Below, piece by piece: positions 7,891 through 17,680 of a stretch of DNA of 32,000 bases. Source of the DNA: Candidatus Brocadia sp. (GTDB lineage Bacteria; Planctomycetota; Brocadiia; Brocadiales; Brocadiaceae); NCBI GenBank assembly GCA_021650915.1, contig CP091279.1, forward strand, positions 1,140,001 to 1,172,000. The letters are read 5' to 3'. The position numbers and the translations under genes are program-made. The notes beneath the pieces are model-generated. The model did not search any database. It was not told the origin of the DNA and worked only from the letters and a program-made list of their open reading frames with translations. Numbering within the stretch: the stretch's first letter is position 1; every line of letters begins with the position of its first letter.

Positions 7891-8009
7891 TGGTTCGTAT
7901 CCTTATTCGGGATGAACATCGGATTTATTAATTTGCCGGAGCCTTCTTAATGTCGTTTATAACGTGTCTTTGTCTTGCTGAAAATATGATGTAAGGTAAT
8001 CCAAATACA

Positions 8010-9785
8010 TTATGCATTGGCTTTTAAGGCGGCAAGATTTTGTAAAGCGCATTTGCAGTTGGGGTCAAGTTTAAGAGCGGTCTGGAATCCGAACAAAGCC
8101 GGTTCTCGCATGCCTTGTTTTGCATAGCAAACTGCAATATCAGCAATCACGGATGCATCAACTTTAGATGAGGTTCTGAGATATCTTTCAAACGCCTCAA
8201 TCGCATCAGCATATTCCTCCACTTCCATGCAGAGGGATCCTAAGTGAAGGTATATATTGTGATCTGATGGGTTAGACTGCAGGATATTTCTAACAAAAGA
8301 GACAAGACTCTCCTTATTGCCCTGTTTATACGTGATCCTCTCCAGAAGACAGAGAAAGGTAAATTCTTCCGGATACAAAGAGAGCATGTCCTTTAATATT
8401 TTGCTAGCCTCATCAAGATGATTTATCTGTATTAAGAGGTTTATTAAATATGCGTGTGTCGGTATATTGGTATTATCCATTCTAAGAGATTGTTTGCAGG
8501 CATCAATAGCATCGTTCATTTTTCCCTCTGCAGCATATATCTTTCCCAGTAAGTGGTAGATCAGATGGTTGGCAATCCCTGATTTTATTGCAGCGAATGT
8601 TAAATCTTTTGCATCGATTAATCTGTCTTGAGAAATGTAAAGGTTAATCAGATTTGCGTAATTAAGGGGATCACGGCTGTTTAATTCGATAGCTTTTTTG
8701 TAAGCTACGATCGCCTCATGAATCAGTCCAAGGTGTTTGTAGCATTCGCCAATATGATTGTATACCGTATGTTCATATTGATAAAAGTCGGAGGAGAGTA
8801 AAAAGAATGTTGGCTCTTTATTTTCCTTTTCTTTTAAAATCAGATATTTTTTAAAGCACGGAAGGGCATCATGAAAAACGCCTTTTTTCATGAAGACTTC
8901 TCCCATGACTAATAAGATATCAAATGAGTCAGGATTTTCTATCAGCGCTTTCTTGCATACCAGCTCTGCTTTGTCTATCAGGTTCTTGTTTATGAATGCG
9001 TGTGCCAGGTCAATCGACATTCTTTGTCGTTGATTTTTTGAAACGAGATCTGTTTGGGAGGCGGATATCTTTAATCCATTTTCTGCGAAATCTATGACCT
9101 TATCAAAGGCATATTCATTTCGGTAATTTCGAACCAGGTTTGCCATGATAAATAAATTGCCGGGATTTCCTGCAAGCTGCTGTCGTAAAAGATCCCCCGT
9201 CCTTGTATACTTCTTTTGCATCTCCTGTTCCGATAAGTTATAGCCATAATGATAGAACCGTATCTCAGATTGAAGTGCTTTTCCCTCGAATATAAGCTGA
9301 TTGTGCACAATTCCTTCAAAGTGTGCCTTGCCTCTGCGAAATATTCTTTGGAAGTAGTGTTTCGCGCATCCCCCTGGAAGTTCATTATAGATTGCAACAT
9401 AAATGACATTATACGAGTCATTATTTATTAATGTGTGTAAAAGCGGGATATCCGTCTGTTCAAGTGTTTCATCAGCATCGATTTGCAGAATCCAATCGCC
9501 TCGTGCATACTCCAGGGAGTGATTGCGTGCCTCACTAAAGCTGTTATTCCAGGGATGGTGATAGACGTTTGCACTAAAGGAATGTGCAATATCGACGGTT
9601 TTATCGGTGGAGCCTGTATCCACGATAATAATTTCATCCACGGCGCCTTTAATACTTGCAAGGCATTGTGATAAAAATTTCTCCTCGTTTTTAACGATCA
9701 TACACGCGGAGAGCGTAGGCCGATTGTTGTTAAGTACTGCTTGACGTCCTTTATCTGTCATGGTTTGTTGCCGGGTATTATTCAT
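8010..9785 (-). CDS. GT2-family glycosyltransferase with long C-terminal TPR region (tandem paralog 2)
   Basis: 591 aa and collinear with paralog 1 over its full length. By hand count, 48 of the first 60 residues aligned from SACMIVKNEE are identical. The TPR half is clearly more diverged. Confidence 0.85.
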   Translation of the reverse strand: MNNTRQQTMTDKGRQAVLNNNRPTLSACMIVKNEEKFLSQCLASIKGAVDEIIIVDTGSTDKTVDIAHSFSANVYHHPWNNSFSEARNHSLEYARGDWILQIDADETLEQTDIPLLHTLINNDSYNVIYVAIYNELPGGCAKHYFQRIFRRGKAHFEGIVHNQLIFEGKALQSEIRFYHYGYNLSEQEMQKKYTRTGDLLRQQLAGNPGNLFIMANLVRNYRNEYAFDKVIDFAENGLKISASQTDLVSKNQRQRMSIDLAHAFINKNLIDKAELVCKKALIENPDSFDILLVMGEVFMKKGVFHDALPCFKKYLILKEKENKEPTFFLLSSDFYQYEHTVYNHIGECYKHLGLIHEAIVAYKKAIELNSRDPLNYANLINLYISQDRLIDAKDLTFAAIKSGIANHLIYHLLGKIYAAEGKMNDAIDACKQSLRMDNTNIPTHAYLINLLIQINHLDEASKILKDMLSLYPEEFTFLCLLERITYKQGNKESLVSFVRNILQSNPSDHNIYLHLGSLCMEVEEYADAIEAFERYLRTSSKVDASVIADIAVCYAKQGMREPALFGFQTALKLDPNCKCALQNLAALKANA

Positions 9786-9879
9786 TAATTTAAATGGTGT
9801 TGATTTGTGATGACGGTGTAATCATTTTTATTAAAACGTGGGCTGTTGTTCACCTGTATAGTATTGTCCTACAATTTCC

Positions 9880-11292
9880 CTATGCTGGTTCTTTTAAGGC
9901 TTCTACTGACCGATAGCCAATCAACGCTGCCTCCAGATGGCCTAATTTTTCATAACACCAGACGATTTTCAGTAATACGTTTTTATCAGCAGGGTGGTTC
10001 TTTAAATATTTCTCAAAATACGGCAATGCCTTTTCATAGGTATTTTGTTGTATATATAATTCTCCCAAATGTAACCATACGGCATCATCTGCAATATCTT
10101 CGGAAACAGTTCTTAAGAGGGTATTAACCGCATTGTTAATATCTCCTGTGTTTTCAAAACAAAGGGCAAGATTATAGTATGCATTACGGTATCTGGGATT
10201 GAGAGCTATCGCTTTTTCTAAATGGTCTATTGCAATTCCCCATTGTCCTAAATTTCCCAGACAATAACCGATACCGTTATGCGCAGCATAATCATATCCC
10301 AACGTGTCAGTCATAAAGGTATTCGTACCTACGTTGTTAAGGTGCCATTCTCGCAGGGATAAAAAGCGGTGAAAATACTGAACCGCTTTTTGATAACTTC
10401 CTTCTTTTAAGTAGGCACAGGCCAGGGTAAATAGAATATCAATGTTTTCTGGTGTGTTCCCAGCTGCTTCTAGCTTTGATAGGGCTTTGTAACATAATTC
10501 CTTTGCTCTTGACGCGGATGCCAGATGAAGATAGCAATTCGCAGTTTCATAGACAATCATCGCATAGTGATGCATAGTGATGCCCATTTCCGGATGTATT
10601 GTACCAGGGTCTGGCGTAAATAGGGTGAGGGCCTTTTCTCCCGCGATGATACCATCGTTAAAGAGCTCCTGGGTACGATAGTTCCGTATAAGATTAAACC
10701 ATGCAAAGCTGTCGTATTTATTTTGTTCAAGTTGTTTTTGAAGAAGACGGGTAGTTTTTTGCCACTTTTCCTTCATTTTATGCGGATCAAGATTATACCC
10801 GTGATGATACAACCTTATGTCAGCTGAAAGACGGTCTCCGTCAATAATCAATTGCTCGTGTATAATGCCCTGATAGAATCCCTTGCCACGCCTGAAAATT
10901 CTAATATTATAAAATGTATGATAATTGTCTTGTATGGCGCTGTGGATTGCTACGGCAATTGCATTACATTTGACGTTGTTTATGGCCTTTTGCAGCTTCA
11001 TAATATCAGCTTGTTCGAGTTCTTCATCTGCATCAATCTGAAAAATCCAGTTACCCGATGCGTATTTTAAGCAATGATTTCTTGCCTCGCTGAAGCTGTC
11101 ATTCCACGGGTGATGATAGACTTTAGCGCCAAAATCTTTAGCAATGGTCACGGTGCTATCGGTAGATCCCGTATCGACAATAATTATCTCATCGACTGTG
11201 TTTTTGATGCTGCTCAAGCAGTTGGGAAGCAGTTCTTCCTCATTTTTTACAATCAAGCACGCTGAAATTTTCTGATGCTGAGATTTTTTCAT
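9880..11292 (-). CDS. GT2-family glycosyltransferase with shorter C-terminal TPR region (tandem paralog 3)
   Basis: 470 aa with the same catalytic core: SACLIVKNEEELL..EIIIVDTGSTDST..FSEARNHCL..NWIFQIDADE. The TPR part is shorter and more diverged. Confidence 0.85.
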   Translation of the reverse strand: MKKSQHQKISACLIVKNEEELLPNCLSSIKNTVDEIIIVDTGSTDSTVTIAKDFGAKVYHHPWNDSFSEARNHCLKYASGNWIFQIDADEELEQADIMKLQKAINNVKCNAIAVAIHSAIQDNYHTFYNIRIFRRGKGFYQGIIHEQLIIDGDRLSADIRLYHHGYNLDPHKMKEKWQKTTRLLQKQLEQNKYDSFAWFNLIRNYRTQELFNDGIIAGEKALTLFTPDPGTIHPEMGITMHHYAMIVYETANCYLHLASASRAKELCYKALSKLEAAGNTPENIDILFTLACAYLKEGSYQKAVQYFHRFLSLREWHLNNVGTNTFMTDTLGYDYAAHNGIGYCLGNLGQWGIAIDHLEKAIALNPRYRNAYYNLALCFENTGDINNAVNTLLRTVSEDIADDAVWLHLGELYIQQNTYEKALPYFEKYLKNHPADKNVLLKIVWCYEKLGHLEAALIGYRSVEALKEPA

Positions 11293-11325
11293 CGTATTCT
11301 TATTTGTGCGTTCATTTACTCCAGT

Positions 11326-12105
11326 TTAGTTATCCATTTTTATCATATGGGCACACCAGACACAGAACCGAAAACCCTTAAGTGTTGTTACGTCTCTCTC
11401 AGTTCCCGGTTCAGGGAAAAGAAACAGTTCTTCCTGTAACCTAAAATTTGATAACAAAGACATTATTTGCTGCTTACTAAAAATCCTGTGAGCATTAAAT
11501 GACAGCCCTGGGGTATGACTCAGGGGAACGCTGAACAGAAAATGCCCTCCGGGTTTCATTATCCGTGAGATCTCCATAAAGGCCTTGATACTTCCTTTTG
11601 CATCTAATTTGTCCCCATAGCGCCCAAGCCCAACGTGTTCAATGACACTCATGCTACTGAGAAATTCAATGGTACATGCGTCGAAAGGCAAGGCGGTAAT
11701 GATAGCACGCTCACAGATGAGGCCTGGCAATGAAACAGATAAAGGTCTTATATCAATACTGATTGTGGGGACAAATTGAGAAATGATTCCAACAAGTAAT
11801 GCAGTAGACCCTAAGTCTATTACTTGTTTTGGACGTATTTCAAATATCTTGCGGGCAGCCCACGTATCCTGATAAAAGTAATATTTATCAAAGAATGTTT
11901 CGTGAGTTTTATCATCAAGGCAAGGCCAAAGGGCAATACGAGATTCGGCATGAGCGTCCTTGCAGTATTCTTTAATGTCCGATATATATTGAGAAAACCC
12001 TGGATGTTTTATTATTGGAGAGTTTGTAGTATTGAGATGGTGAACAAAGCGGACGAGATTTTCTGTCAAGTTGTCTTGTATCATGGTAGTCATCCCGTAA
12101 TACAT
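11326..12105 (-). CDS. class I SAM-dependent methyltransferase (DUF268-like)
   Basis: VIDLGSTALLVG resembles SAM-binding motif I. IEHVGLGRYGDKLDAKGSIKAFMEISRIMKPGGHFLFSVP matches the GLGRYGD pattern I associate with DUF268 methyltransferases. An alternative start at ATG 12093 overlaps the upstream TGA as ATGA. Confidence 0.7.
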   Translation of the reverse strand: MYYGMTTMIQDNLTENLVRFVHHLNTTNSPIIKHPGFSQYISDIKEYCKDAHAESRIALWPCLDDKTHETFFDKYYFYQDTWAARKIFEIRPKQVIDLGSTALLVGIISQFVPTISIDIRPLSVSLPGLICERAIITALPFDACTIEFLSSMSVIEHVGLGRYGDKLDAKGSIKAFMEISRIMKPGGHFLFSVPLSHTPGLSFNAHRIFSKQQIMSLLSNFRLQEELFLFPEPGTERDVTTLKGFRFCVWCAHMIKMDN

Positions 12106-13259
12106 TCCAAAACTTCCAGAGTGTCTTGGTTATGAATGAACTTGTTTCTGATGAAGTTGATAATGCGCTTTGCAGCATATCCGTCTCCAAAAGGATTTAC
12201 CGCATGGGCCATTCGATGATATTCTTTCCGGTCTTCCAGCAGGCGAATGGTCTCTTGAATAATTGTCTCTGGACGTGTGCCGACGAGTTTTGCGCATCCC
12301 GCCATTACGGCCTCCGGACGTTCAGTTACCTCACGAAGTATGAGGACGGGTTTCTGCAAGGAAGGCGCCTCTTCCTGAATGCCGCCAGAGTCCGTTAAAA
12401 TAATGCAGGCGCGTTTCATCAGGTGAACAAAAGGTCCGTATTCTAACGGCTCGATAAGGAAGATGTTGGCTGTGTGTTCTAACATTGAATAAACAAGATT
12501 TCTTACATTGGGATTGGGATGAACCGGGTACACAAAAGTGACATTAGGGTATTTTTTTGCTAACGTCATGATTGCATTGCAGATATTCATAAATGGCTGT
12601 CCGAAGCTTTCTCTTCTGTGCGCTGTTATTAACACCATTTTGCCCTTTATGGTGTTGAGCGAGTCATTATCAAAAGTAAAATCATGCCTTGCGATATTCA
12701 GCAGGGCATCGATAACCGTATTGCCGGTTACACAAATAAGGCCTTCATCAACTCCTTCATTCAACAAATTGTTTTTTGCTTCCTTTGTTGGCGCAAAGTG
12801 CAGATGCGCTATAACACTCGTAAGGCAACGATTTATTTCTTCTGGAAAAGGATGATATTTATTCCGCGACCGTAGACCAGCTTCAACATGCCCAACGGGT
12901 ATGTGCCTGTAATAGGCGGCTAATGCGGCTGCAAACGCGGTAGTTGTGTCTCCCTGTATTAAAACCAGATCAGGTTGCTCCTTCTCATAAACCGGCTCTA
13001 TATTTTTTAATACCTTGCTTGTGATATCTGCGAGTCCTTGATTATCAGCCATAAGATTCAGATCATAATCGGGCTGAATAGCGAAGACCTTCAGTACGCT
13101 GTCAAGCATTTGTCTGTGTTGTGCAGTGACCGTGACAATGCTTTTGAGTGCGCCCGAATGTCGCCCGAGTTCTTTAATAACCGGTGCAAGCTTTATTGCT
13201 TCCGGTCGCGTGCCGATCACACTCATTATTTTTGGCATACTCTTAAGGCCTGTTACCAT
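12090..13259 (-). CDS. wecB: UDP-N-acetylglucosamine 2-epimerase (non-hydrolysing)
   Basis: MSVIGTRPEAIKLAPVIKEL.., ..HVEAGLRS.. and ..DSGGIQEEAPSL.KPVLILRE.TERPE form the typical WecB/MnaA signature set. The start may instead be the internal ATG at 13238. Confidence 0.9.
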   Translation of the reverse strand: MVTGLKSMPKIMSVIGTRPEAIKLAPVIKELGRHSGALKSIVTVTAQHRQMLDSVLKVFAIQPDYDLNLMADNQGLADITSKVLKNIEPVYEKEQPDLVLIQGDTTTAFAAALAAYYRHIPVGHVEAGLRSRNKYHPFPEEINRCLTSVIAHLHFAPTKEAKNNLLNEGVDEGLICVTGNTVIDALLNIARHDFTFDNDSLNTIKGKMVLITAHRRESFGQPFMNICNAIMTLAKKYPNVTFVYPVHPNPNVRNLVYSMLEHTANIFLIEPLEYGPFVHLMKRACIILTDSGGIQEEAPSLQKPVLILREVTERPEAVMAGCAKLVGTRPETIIQETIRLLEDRKEYHRMAHAVNPFGDGYAAKRIINFIRNKFIHNQDTLEVLECITG

Positions 13260-14374
13260 CCGTGGCTCGTTTCGTGGTTATAATCTGAGATGCCAATAAC
13301 GTTCAGGATGGTTTTAAACCGGTTAATCCAGGTATGATCTCGTAGACACCTCACCCTTCCTGATGCTCCTATTTTTAAGGCGATATCCGGATGCGTTATG
13401 TAATAGGATAGTTGTGTTCGTAATTCAACTTCGTTCCGGTAGCATGCAATCTCTTCTCCAATGGTAAAATGATCTTCCAGCGCTTGATTATACGTTGTCA
13501 GATAAAGTCCTCCCATCAGGGGAACTTCAAAATCTCTGCCTTTCAAACCTGTTACTGAAGAATTACCAATGAAGCCAAAGCCCAGGTTGATAAGCGAACG
13601 GGAATAAATTGCATTCATATCCTGGGATGAGATTTCAGCGGAGAGCCAGCCTCTACCATAGGTATTGACGATGATGCCATGCTCTTTTAGCCAGGCAATG
13701 ATATGGGGCCTTATACCGTAACATTGCCCAATAAAAGAAACAGGGATATCGCGTGGTACTGGCAGCGGCGAAAAAATACGCGGGTTTGCTCCTGGCGGAA
13801 GAAATAGTGCGCGGGCGCCAACCATATAATATTTACCAACATCTTCTTTGGATTGGCAGGTGATGCAAAAATCAAATTCAGGCGCAATTTCAGCAGTTCC
13901 AGAATAACCGGATGTTTCCTGAACTCCCCAAAATTTCAGGGTGTCGTCTAAACTAATGTTGACGGTTATGATATTCAGGTTGTTAATGGTTTGTATCGTT
14001 TCAGGATAAACCCATCTGCCGGAGAGATAAGAGAAAAAAATATCAATCGGTTTCTCCCGATGGGATGATTCCACCCGGCGGATTAATTCTTTATTGAACG
14101 CCGGTTTGCCATTTCGATGCCAGTCGCTGGCATATTGATCAAAGGCGTTTCCCCAGTCATAATGTACGGTATCGGTAATTTCGGCCCAGCCGTCTACTAA
14201 ACCAGGTCTTTCCCAATTCACATGATGTACCGCCGCAAAGACACGAGGTTTGTCTTTGAAAGAAAGCATTTTGCCTGCCTTCGTCAGATATACCTGAATC
14301 TGCTGAATCTGCTTATTCAATGAATAGGTATCCTTTTTCGGACTGCATTGCGAAGGTGCATCGATTCGTTTCAT
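13253..14374 (-). CDS. CgeB-like glycosyltransferase (Glyco_trans_1_2-type C-terminal domain)
   Basis: The C-terminus reads GRDFEVPLMGGLYLTTYNQALEDHFTIGEEIACYRNEVELRTQLSYYITHPDIALKIGASGRVRCLRDHTWINRF, the pattern of CgeB/DUF3880-type transferases. Confidence 0.6.
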   Translation of the reverse strand: MKRIDAPSQCSPKKDTYSLNKQIQQIQVYLTKAGKMLSFKDKPRVFAAVHHVNWERPGLVDGWAEITDTVHYDWGNAFDQYASDWHRNGKPAFNKELIRRVESSHREKPIDIFFSYLSGRWVYPETIQTINNLNIITVNISLDDTLKFWGVQETSGYSGTAEIAPEFDFCITCQSKEDVGKYYMVGARALFLPPGANPRIFSPLPVPRDIPVSFIGQCYGIRPHIIAWLKEHGIIVNTYGRGWLSAEISSQDMNAIYSRSLINLGFGFIGNSSVTGLKGRDFEVPLMGGLYLTTYNQALEDHFTIGEEIACYRNEVELRTQLSYYITHPDIALKIGASGRVRCLRDHTWINRFKTILNVIGISDYNHETSHGW

Positions 14375-14383
14375 AATCAGGAA

Positions 14384-15301
14384 TTAACCGTGCCGGTATT
14401 TATCAAAACCCAGGAAAGTCAGTAACTGATCCATTCTTTTCTCAAAAGTATGATGTTCAAGGGCAAACAAATGCCCGGTTTTAGCGATTCGTTCCCTTTC
14501 ATCCTCATGGACAAGGTAATAATTGATTTTGTTTATCATGTCCTCAATGTTTCCCCTGTTCCATTGAACAAGGTGCTCTCCGTCGGTAAAAAGATCGTTG
14601 CTTGAAAGTTCTTCGGTAAGGAGAAACGACCCGGAACCGAGCACCTCACCAATTCTGGTTTCCATATTCAACAGGTCAGACAGATGAATATTCAAGACGA
14701 CTTTTGACTCATTAAATACCTGATTGAGCTCGTTACTGTTCCATATATTTGGAGTATACACCTTAAAATATTTTGCCAGAGCGATAAGGAGAGTAGAGCG
14801 ACGGCTTGTCTTGCTGCCAATAAAGGTAATGTCATATTTTTTAGGGAGTTCAAGCTTTTTGTGCACTTCGGTATTGACAGTTGCAGAAGGTAACCAATGC
14901 ACGCGCTTACAGCCAATGGTTTTGTAAATTTCTATATTTGCCATATCGTGAGAAAAAACAAAATCAAAGGCAGTTGCATTATATGCCAGCTCTTTTCTCC
15001 TGAGAAGAGACTCATAATCTGCTTCCTCTACCGTGCCAATCTGCTCGCAATACCAGAGCGCCGTTGGGTAAGGAAGCGACTTTATCAAATCCGGAGAAAT
15101 AAATTCACCCTTGCAAACAAGCACAAGATCCGCTTCTTGTCGTAAGAGTTCAGCGAGATTGTGCCGTTCCTGGCGGAAATCAGTACTAATGACTTTACAC
15201 CCCATTTTCTTTAGTGCGGAGATTACGTGGTTTTCAAAACCCCATGGATAATTCGCTTTTTGTGCACCAACGACGTGAATTGTGAGCATAGTTTTATACA
15301 A
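14384..15301 (-). CDS. CgeB-like glycosyltransferase (second, shorter)
   Basis: The C-terminus reads ETRIGEVLGSGSFLLTEELSSNDLFTDGEHLVQWNRGNIEDMINKINYYLVHEDERERIAKTGHLFALEHHTFEKRMDQLL, the same pattern as the neighbouring gene. Confidence 0.6.
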   Translation of the reverse strand: MYKTMLTIHVVGAQKANYPWGFENHVISALKKMGCKVISTDFRQERHNLAELLRQEADLVLVCKGEFISPDLIKSLPYPTALWYCEQIGTVEEADYESLLRRKELAYNATAFDFVFSHDMANIEIYKTIGCKRVHWLPSATVNTEVHKKLELPKKYDITFIGSKTSRRSTLLIALAKYFKVYTPNIWNSNELNQVFNESKVVLNIHLSDLLNMETRIGEVLGSGSFLLTEELSSNDLFTDGEHLVQWNRGNIEDMINKINYYLVHEDERERIAKTGHLFALEHHTFEKRMDQLLTFLGFDKYRHG

Positions 15302-15316
15302 AAATATTTTATCAGG

Positions 15317-16834
15317 TTATCGCTGAGGTGTGATTGCTTCTGTGGACAGGGTATGTAAAACCCGATCAATCTCATATTTTAATTTGCCTAAATTCAAGTG
15401 CTGTTTTGCATATGCGCGGCTATTATTTGACATAACAGCCTGCAGGGTATTGTCTTTTGCTAGTTCTTGCATCTTTGCAGCCAAGTCATGGATATCGACA
15501 ATTTCTTCGGGGAATGCTATGTTGTCCTGCCTCGTTAGCTTTTGAACTACCTTAACCAAAAGACCATTGTAACCGTTTCGTATAAATTCGTTCATAGGTG
15601 GTGCATCAGTTGCAATGACAGGCATCCCGCAGGATAAACCTTCCAGGAGGGGTAATCCCAGACCTTCCAGCTTACTTGGGAAAATCAGGATGTTGCCTTT
15701 ATGATAAAGTCCTGGCGCCGGTACGGTTTCCTTATGATAGGTAATTCGGGAATTATTGCGGACGATATGTACAATTTCCGGCGGGAGTCTTTCTAGTTCT
15801 GCCTGGGCGTGGATAAATAAGGTAAGGTCTGAGTTGTTGCAAGAGAACGCATCAAAAGCAATAATTACGGCCGGTGTCATTTTACGGTAATTGATGCCGA
15901 GCCATCCTGCATTATGAAAAAAAGTATGTTTTTTTCCGTTCGATACGGGTTTGAAAAGCTCTGTATCGACTCCCCATCCAAGGTAATAGGCTTTGCAAAT
16001 ATCTTTCACCAGAAGAAAAGTGCGCTTGGTAGAACAGAGTACTGCATCATACAACCGCATATAGGGTTTCCAGTCATCCTTGTAATAATCAAGATAAGTT
16101 ACTGTTTTGATTCCTTTTTTCTTGCAAAGGCTGACAAGCTTCCAGTCGTATTCTTCATTGAAGATAACGACATCCAGGTGATTGTCGTTTATCCATTTCT
16201 CAAATATTTCACAGGGAATATCATAGTCTGGAAAGGTTGTTAAATTCTTGGCCGCCCACATGCCATCGACTTGCAACATAGGCTGCCCGTATACACCGCC
16301 AGTCCTGGCAAAAATAAAGGTTTCGTGTTCCCGGGCAATAACATCCCGCAAGATTTTCGTTACGTATGATTGCCCTCGCTCAAACCAAATGCTGACAAAT
16401 CCAACCTTTAGAGAAGGAATATCGCTGCTATTCATGGAGCGATTATGGGTGAATTGCAAGGGAGCGTTTTTCAATTTTTGATGAACTTTTTTTAGATTGT
16501 CTCGCGCTTCGTGGTAATTTCCGTCAATTGATAGCGCCCTTTCAAGATATTGCTTTGCCTCACGAAGCCGGTCTGTTGCATAAAAGAGAACCCCTAAGTT
16601 ATTCATTGCAGAGGTATCGTTGGGATCCAGATCGATTACTTTTTTTAAATATCTGATGGCGATATCGAATTGCTGTGTCTGGTGATAAAGAAGGGCAAGG
16701 GTATAATATGCGGGAATGAAATGAGGATCATTCTCTATTGCCTTTTTATACCAGGTGATAGCCTCCCTATGGAGGCCGGTCTCTTTTAAATGTTCTGCTT
16801 TACAGAAATATTTATGTGCTTCTGATATCGGCAT
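15317..16834 (-). CDS. N-terminal TPR + C-terminal GT4 (GT-B, group 1) glycosyltransferase
   Basis: There are three to four TPR motifs in aa 1-120 (..AITWYKKAIENDPHFIPAYYTLALLY..). The GT4 signature is FPSKLEGLGLPLLEGLSCGMPVIATDAPPMNEFIRNGYNGLLV. This is the first gene of the minus-strand operon. Confidence 0.8.
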   Translation of the reverse strand: MPISEAHKYFCKAEHLKETGLHREAITWYKKAIENDPHFIPAYYTLALLYHQTQQFDIAIRYLKKVIDLDPNDTSAMNNLGVLFYATDRLREAKQYLERALSIDGNYHEARDNLKKVHQKLKNAPLQFTHNRSMNSSDIPSLKVGFVSIWFERGQSYVTKILRDVIAREHETFIFARTGGVYGQPMLQVDGMWAAKNLTTFPDYDIPCEIFEKWINDNHLDVVIFNEEYDWKLVSLCKKKGIKTVTYLDYYKDDWKPYMRLYDAVLCSTKRTFLLVKDICKAYYLGWGVDTELFKPVSNGKKHTFFHNAGWLGINYRKMTPAVIIAFDAFSCNNSDLTLFIHAQAELERLPPEIVHIVRNNSRITYHKETVPAPGLYHKGNILIFPSKLEGLGLPLLEGLSCGMPVIATDAPPMNEFIRNGYNGLLVKVVQKLTRQDNIAFPEEIVDIHDLAAKMQELAKDNTLQAVMSNNSRAYAKQHLNLGKLKYEIDRVLHTLSTEAITPQR

Positions 16835-17451
16835 ACTTCTGATGTCTGTGAAAATGAATAAGCTGCTCTATAAAACCAATCACCAATCATTCCTTCGCGG
16901 TAGTTTCAAAATTATGAGCAATATTTAAGCCAAATAATCTATTCTATTCTCTCGACGTACTTGAGTCTCTATAAATTCACTATCCGGAATAGCTGCTGTA
17001 TGAACTGGAGGTTTCATTCTTTTATAGTTAAAAAGCAGGCCGGATAAAAGCATTGCTATACTCAGGATGCTCATAAAATGTGAATTTTAAATTGATAATA
17101 AGGTGGCATGGACAAACTCTGTTTGTCCGTGTTGAACTACTATAAATCACAAATTGTGAGCCTGTGGAGTATAGTTATATGCGTCCCGGTTGTTACGAAT
17201 CATGAAAAAAAGTTTATTGGCGGTTAAAAAAATCATGGGAAAATGAATGACTTGCGCTGGTGAAATATCAAACATTTCAAATTTATCGGTGAGCAATAAT
17301 TGTACAGCGCTCATGACGGTCGTAAATGAGTGATTGAGTAATGAAAGTTATTAAAAAGCTTGAGAGAAAGACGAAAGAATAAATACCTTGACTTGTCTCA
17401 ATACAAATTCTATAATTTATCCTTCAAATATACGTTTTTCACATTAAAAAA

Positions 17452-17527
17452 GGGCAGATAGCTCAGTTGGTAGAGCACAGGACTGAAAATCCTGGTGTCG
17501 CCGGTTCGATCCCGGCTCTGCCCACCA
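17452..17527 (+). tRNA. tRNA-Phe (GAA), CCA encoded
   Basis: The acceptor stem is GGGCAGA/TCTGCCC and the D-arm is GCTCAGTTGGTAGAGC. The anticodon loop is CT-GAA-AA and the T-arm contains GGTTCGATCC. Discriminator A is followed by CCA. Confidence 0.95.
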
Positions 17528-17641
17528 CGTATATTCTGACGGAGCGCTTAGAGGAAAAGCAGCCAAAGTTCTGTGCCGGCAATCCTGCCATTGAAAGTTT
17601 GTCCCATTCGTTATAGTTTCCCCTCCACGTTTGTTTCCTTC

Positions 17642-17680
17642 CTGGCATATGGAATAAGTTAAAAACATGCCGGTTTTTTT
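17642..17680 (+). terminator. candidate intrinsic terminator downstream of tRNA-Phe
   Basis: CTGGCAT (17642-17648) pairs with ATGCCGG (17667-17673) as 7 bp including one G-U. A T7 run follows at 17674-17680. The 18-nt loop is long for a terminator. Confidence 0.35.

Noticed and set aside
17452-17527. tRNA-Phe as the attachment site of a genomic island containing the low-GC glycosylation operon.
   Set aside because: The operon lies on the 5' side of the tRNA, not at its 3' end. By eye I found no second copy of the tRNA 3' segment (GGTTCGATCCCGGCTCTGCCCACCA) in the window. No integrase gene is present.
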